From Candidatus Harpocratesius repetitus (lineage in GTDB: Archaea; Asgardarchaeota; Lokiarchaeia; Sigyniarchaeales; Promethearchaeaceae), in NCBI GenBank assembly GCA_021498095.1, contig JAIZWK010000001.1, positions 570,001 to 602,000 on the forward strand: DNA of 32,000 bases, read 5' to 3'. Position numbers and translations under genes: made by a program. Positions 28,249 to 32,000 of this stretch are shown here, in pieces. Every line of letters begins with the position of its first letter. Position 1 is the first letter of the stretch. The notes under the pieces are model-generated. The model did no database searches, was not told the DNA's origin, and saw nothing but the letters and a program-made list of their open reading frames with translations.

Positions 28249-28603
28249 CCTGGTTTTGTCTGAATTAACTTATAAATTTTCAGAATCCATTAAGATTTTC
28301 TATTTATTTAATTTGAAATCGGAAAATACTCCTGCAAAATAGTTATGAAGGCAGGATATAGTTGATTCCATTAATGGACAAAAGGTGACTTGGTGACTCA
28401 GCTTAGATGCTTTTGCTTAATAATTTATCTTAAGTTTTATTTGGATGCGCTATGAGTGCACAATTGCCGAATTTGGAAAATTATTCGATTTACTTGATGA
28501 AACAAACCATAAATATCTTAATAGAGAAAGAATCTCAAAAAGAAAATATCTTGAAGAGAAAAAATCTTGAAAAAAAAAATATATTAAAAAGGTGAAAGAA
28601 ATA

Positions 28604-30055
28604 ATGTTATTTAAAAAAGCTGAGCAAAAACAAAGTTTAGAACAACCAATTACTTTGGAATCTGTTTCTGAACTAAGTAATCGAGTTTTACTCGACAATA
28701 ACCAAATTCCTAAAGCATGGTTTAATATTGTACCATATCTTCCTGAGAAACCCTATCCAGCAGTATTAGCTGACAATACACCTGCAACATTCGAAATGTT
28801 AAGTCAATTGTTTCCGATAGAATGTGTAAAACAAGCAGGATCACAAGAAGAATTTGTTCTAATTCCTCAAAAAATTCGGGAATTATATGCACTTTGTAAT
28901 CGACCTACACCCCTTCAAAGAGCTTTTCAATTAGAAAAGGCAATTGGGGTAGATAGTGATCGCATCAAAATTTTCTTTAAATGTGAATTTGTAAGCCCTA
29001 CAGGATCTCATAAAACGAATACTGCAATAGCGCAGTCATATTATGGGAAACAAGAAGGAATAAAAGGTTTTACTACCGAAACTGGAGCAGGTCAATGGGG
29101 ATCAGCATTATCAATGGCAAATTCAATGATGGGATTAGAAACAAAAGTGTTTCAAGTTCGAGCTTCGTATAATGATAAACCAGGGCGACGAGTAATGATG
29201 CAGAATTTTGGTGCAGAATTACATCCTTCGCCATCAGACATTACAAAAACAGGTCAAAAATTCTATCAAAAAAATCCTAAGCATCCTGGTAGTCTTGGAA
29301 TTGCAATTGCAGAAGCAGTTGAAATGGCAATGACAAATCCTGGTTATAAGTATTCCTTAGGATCGGTTTTAGATTTCGTGTTACTGCATCAAACAGTAAT
29401 TGGTTTGGAAGCTCAGCTGCAAATGGAAAAGATTGGGGAGCAACCATCTGTAATCATGGGATCGATTGGAGGGGGAAGTAATTTTGCTGGATTAAGCTTT
29501 CCATTCTTTAAAGAAAAGCTCACAGGTGAACGAGATGAACTTGAATTTATTGGAGTAGAACCTTGTGCTTGCCCATCATTAACAAAAGGAAAGTATACTT
29601 GGGATTATGGAGATTCGGCAAAAATGGCACCTATTATTAAAATGTACTCTCTAGGAGCTAATTTCATTCCACCAACGGTTCATGCAGGTGGTCTTCGTTA
29701 CCATGGAGCCGCACCTTTGGTTTCTATGTTAAAAAATCATAGTTTTATGAAATCTGTGATGGTACATCAGACTAAAACCATAGAAGCGGGTATTTTAATG
29801 GCAAAAACGGAGGGAATATTACCTGCAGTGGAGACTAATCATGTAATTGCAGCAGTAATTGATAGAGCCCTTGAAGCTCAAGAAAATCATCAAAAATGTA
29901 CGATATTATTTAATTTCTCTGGGCATGGATATTTTGATACACATGCATATCAAATATATCATGAAGGTAAAATGATAGATTATGAATACCCTGATAAGGA
30001 TATTCAAAAAGCCATGGAGGATTTTCCACCCATTGATGAAAATAAATTCTTATAA
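28604..30055 (+). CDS. trpB2: Tryptophan synthase beta chain, stand-alone type 2 (TrpB2)
   Basis: IPKAWFNI N-terminus, PLP-lysine motif SPTGSHKTNTA, TETGAGQWGSAL, GGGSNFAG, HAGGLRYHG and FSGHG. No trpA adjacent. ATG 28604 follows AGGTGA; GTG 28592 is the alternative. Confidence 0.95.
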   Translation: MLFKKAEQKQSLEQPITLESVSELSNRVLLDNNQIPKAWFNIVPYLPEKPYPAVLADNTPATFEMLSQLFPIECVKQAGSQEEFVLIPQKIRELYALCNRPTPLQRAFQLEKAIGVDSDRIKIFFKCEFVSPTGSHKTNTAIAQSYYGKQEGIKGFTTETGAGQWGSALSMANSMMGLETKVFQVRASYNDKPGRRVMMQNFGAELHPSPSDITKTGQKFYQKNPKHPGSLGIAIAEAVEMAMTNPGYKYSLGSVLDFVLLHQTVIGLEAQLQMEKIGEQPSVIMGSIGGGSNFAGLSFPFFKEKLTGERDELEFIGVEPCACPSLTKGKYTWDYGDSAKMAPIIKMYSLGANFIPPTVHAGGLRYHGAAPLVSMLKNHSFMKSVMVHQTKTIEAGILMAKTEGILPAVETNHVIAAVIDRALEAQENHQKCTILFNFSGHGYFDTHAYQIYHEGKMIDYEYPDKDIQKAMEDFPPIDENKFL

Positions 30056-30457
30056 TTTTTCATTGATCTTTACCAAGATTTATACCCAATTATACTGCTT
30101 TTTTTTCATTTATACTTTTTTATCAAAATTTTTTCATTGATTTTTCTCACTAAAAGCAATTTAATAAGAAGATTATTAGAAATATTCTAATAAAATATTC
30201 CAAAGTTTTTATCTATTCTTCAAAATAGAGAAAATCCAAGATGAAAATGTGATCCCGACAAAATATCTTTGCTAAAATTGTGGGAAAAAATCCAGTATCG
30301 AATTTTAACTATCTTTATTTAACTGAAAAATATTTGAAGAGAGGAGAGCAAAGATTTTTTTCTTGATACCCTTCATTTATTTTTTGTGGGAAAAAAATTT
30401 ATGATAGCATGAATTCGGCAGAAGAGATGACCCAAATTGTAGGATTTATCCAAAACA

Positions 30458-30465
30458 TTTAAATA
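30458..30465 (+). promoter_or_regulatory. Putative TATA box of the histone gene
   Basis: TTTAAATA preceded by an A-rich BRE-like stretch, about 60 bp upstream of the ATG. A 10-bp palindrome ATAACGTTAT follows at 30469-30478. Confidence 0.4.
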
Positions 30466-30525
30466 AGGATAACGTTATTATTACAATATATCCGCGGAGG
30501 ATATAGAGTTTTTGACGTGATTATT

Positions 30526-30780
30526 ATGGCTAAGAAAAAATCAAAGAAACCAGCTCCAAAGAAAAAGAAACCCGCTAGTCGCGCTTCTTATATCGCGAAG
30601 GCACCTATTCGACGTTTAATGAAAGATGAAGGCGCATCTTTAGTTGCGGAAGATGCACTAGAATTGTTAATTGATGTTTTAACCAAAGCCGCTCAAAATA
30701 AAACCAAAGCTGCTATTAAATTGGTTAAAGCAGATAAACGCAAGCGCGTCACTGCCGCCGATATTAGCGCTGCAGAATAA
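30526..30780 (+). CDS. Archaeal histone (HMf-type fold) with Lys-rich N-terminal tail
   Basis: IAKAPIRRLMKDEGASLVAEDA...AIKLVKADKRKRVTAADI aligns without gaps with the HMfB fold as recalled. ATG 30526 follows SD-like GACGTGA; GTG 30517 is the alternative. Confidence 0.92.
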   Translation: MAKKKSKKPAPKKKKPASRASYIAKAPIRRLMKDEGASLVAEDALELLIDVLTKAAQNKTKAAIKLVKADKRKRVTAADISAAE

Positions 30781-30830
30781 TTCTTTTTATTCTGCCTTTT
30801 TTTCTCTATCTTATTAAATACCACAATTTT
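30781..30830 (+). terminator. Oligo-T archaeal terminator region after the histone gene
   Basis: TTCTTTTTATTCTGCCTTTTTTTCTC immediately follows the stop codon. Confidence 0.5.
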
Positions 30831-30951
30831 TATTCTATTACATTCCACTTTTTTTAAAAAATAACTTAATTATTTGAAGATTTAACTTTGCCATTAACCC
30901 TTTAACGAGATGATTTTTTAAAAACCATGTTCCTTTATTACTTGAACTGAG

Positions 30952-31761
30952 TTGATTAATGTACAAAATGCTTTTTTTTATCACCAAGGATTAGAATATA
31001 AACTGTCATGGGCGGAACCCCGATTCCACCATCCAGTCATTTATCACAATTTTGGTCGTAAATTACTTCAATATATACGATTTACTCAATCATCTGAATT
31101 TCCTAATAATCTTTTTAATAATCGATATGGGCTTCGTTGCTCATCATTTCGAATAAGAAATTTAGTTAAAGATGCCCAGAAAAAAATCAGTTTGGCTTTA
31201 GTAAGTCAAAAACATGTAAGTTTAATTAAAATAAATGATGTTCGTGCATCTAAAGCAGAGGGTATTGAAGTTTTACCAAAAATGGCCAAGATTTGGTATG
31301 AAATCAATTGCCAATTGCATGACAAGAATCCTGGTCACGAACCTATTTTACAAAAAATTATGGAGTTACATCAACAAGCCTTAGCTTCAGAAGTTCCAGT
31401 GTGGACTTCTACTTTTGACAGCATTACAAGTCATAGGATCCGTCCATCTCCCTATAATTGTATAGCTTCTGAAGAATTTACAGGTCATATTGACTTATTG
31501 TTATTTGATGAAAAAGATCAGTCTCTTATCGTAGCGGATTATAAGCCCGAAGAGAAATTCTTGAGATCTCTTCCACAAGTGGCGATTTATGGTTTGATTA
31601 TGAAACAGATACTGAATTATCCAAAAGTAAAATGTGTTTCGTTTAGTAGAGAGAAAGCATGGATCTACAATCCTGAAATAATTCGAACGGTTGTTATTGA
31701 ATATATTAAAAGTTATGGTGATCCCCAATTGGAATGGCGGGATCTTGTTTATTCGTTGTAA
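30952..31761 (+). CDS. PD-(D/E)XK (RecB-like) nuclease family protein
   Basis: SEVPVW, GHIDLLLF, VADYKP and PQVAIYG give the E...D...D-x-K...Q-x3-Y pattern. TTG start, with an in-frame TGA just upstream. Confidence 0.82.
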   Translation: MINVQNAFFYHQGLEYKLSWAEPRFHHPVIYHNFGRKLLQYIRFTQSSEFPNNLFNNRYGLRCSSFRIRNLVKDAQKKISLALVSQKHVSLIKINDVRASKAEGIEVLPKMAKIWYEINCQLHDKNPGHEPILQKIMELHQQALASEVPVWTSTFDSITSHRIRPSPYNCIASEEFTGHIDLLLFDEKDQSLIVADYKPEEKFLRSLPQVAIYGLIMKQILNYPKVKCVSFSREKAWIYNPEIIRTVVIEYIKSYGDPQLEWRDLVYSL

Positions 31762-31777
31762 AAAAATTAGATTTCGG

Positions 31778-32000
31778 ATGAAAAAAGTGGTAAATAGAAA
31801 ACTTACAAAAAAAGATATTCAAGATTTCAAGCAAAAACGTTTTATTCATAATGGAATGGAATATATATTTAAATGGGCAAAAAAGCAATTTGTTTTAGAG
31901 CAAATGCCTCCAGATATTGGTATAAAAATTACAAATTACTTTAATATTATCACACAAGGTATTGTACCTATTGATCTTTTCAATAATCCCTTTATTTTGC
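31778..32000 (+). CDS. Tandem paralog of the preceding nuclease, 3'-truncated by the window edge
   Basis: Open frame MKKVVNRKLTKKDIQDFKQKRFIHNGMEYIFKWAKKQF...DIGIKITNYFNIITQGIVPIDLFNNPFIL runs to base 32000. It aligns with FFYHQGLEYKLSWAEPRF...NFGRKLLQY...FPNNLFNN of the upstream gene. Confidence 0.78.
   Translation, partial: MKKVVNRKLTKKDIQDFKQKRFIHNGMEYIFKWAKKQFVLEQMPPDIGIKITNYFNIITQGIVPIDLFNNPFIL

Noticed and set aside
30173-30193. 9-3-9 inverted repeat TTATTAGAA-ATA-TTCTAATAA
   Set aside because: Same reason: low complexity, far from a start codon, no matching copy.
30952-31761. Cas4 assignment for the nuclease
   Set aside because: Lacks the C-terminal CxxCx5C Fe-S cluster motif and has no CRISPR or cas context.
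1701-31888. Other short ORF-track entries nested in or antisense to larger genes (e.g. 9504-9911, 12698-12961, 26355-26681, 28450-28698, 31706-31888)
   Set aside because: No recognisable motifs and they overlap confidently assigned CDSs; 31706-31888 is antisense to the nuclease pair.

Overview
AT-rich archaeal window, most likely from a Lokiarchaeia-type Asgard archaeon. This is inferred from the archaeal SMC-ScpA-ScpB operon, archaeal histone, Ras-superfamily GTPase, several longin-domain proteins and GAGGTGA-type ribosome-binding sites. In order it holds: the 3' part of an unusually long smc plus scpA and scpB with charged disordered N-tails; a Gfo/Idh/MocA oxidoreductase divergent from a radical SAM-HhH protein; a small zinc-finger protein; histidine-degradation genes (ftcD, hutH, hutU; no hutI); a small GTPase next to three longin-domain proteins (two TPR-fused), a glutaredoxin and a double beta-sandwich protein; an M32 carboxypeptidase; a 2-oxoacid:ferredoxin oxidoreductase operon; a stand-alone trpB2; a histone with a Lys-rich N-tail; and two tandem PD-(D/E)XK nuclease paralogs (the second runs off the window and is missing from the ORF track). 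Most striking: (1) the oxidoreductase beta subunit is circularly permuted, split inside its TPP-binding motif; (2) the SMC shows no hinge in about 1200 aa before its C-terminus and its partners carry oppositely charged tails; (3) a GTPase/TPR-longin/beta-sandwich cluster with an adaptor-like domain inventory; (4) a possible Trp-containing leader ORF overlapping a 16-bp hairpin upstream of trpB2. No rRNA, tRNA, CRISPR array or transposase was recognised. All family assignments come from motif recognition by eye; no searches were run.
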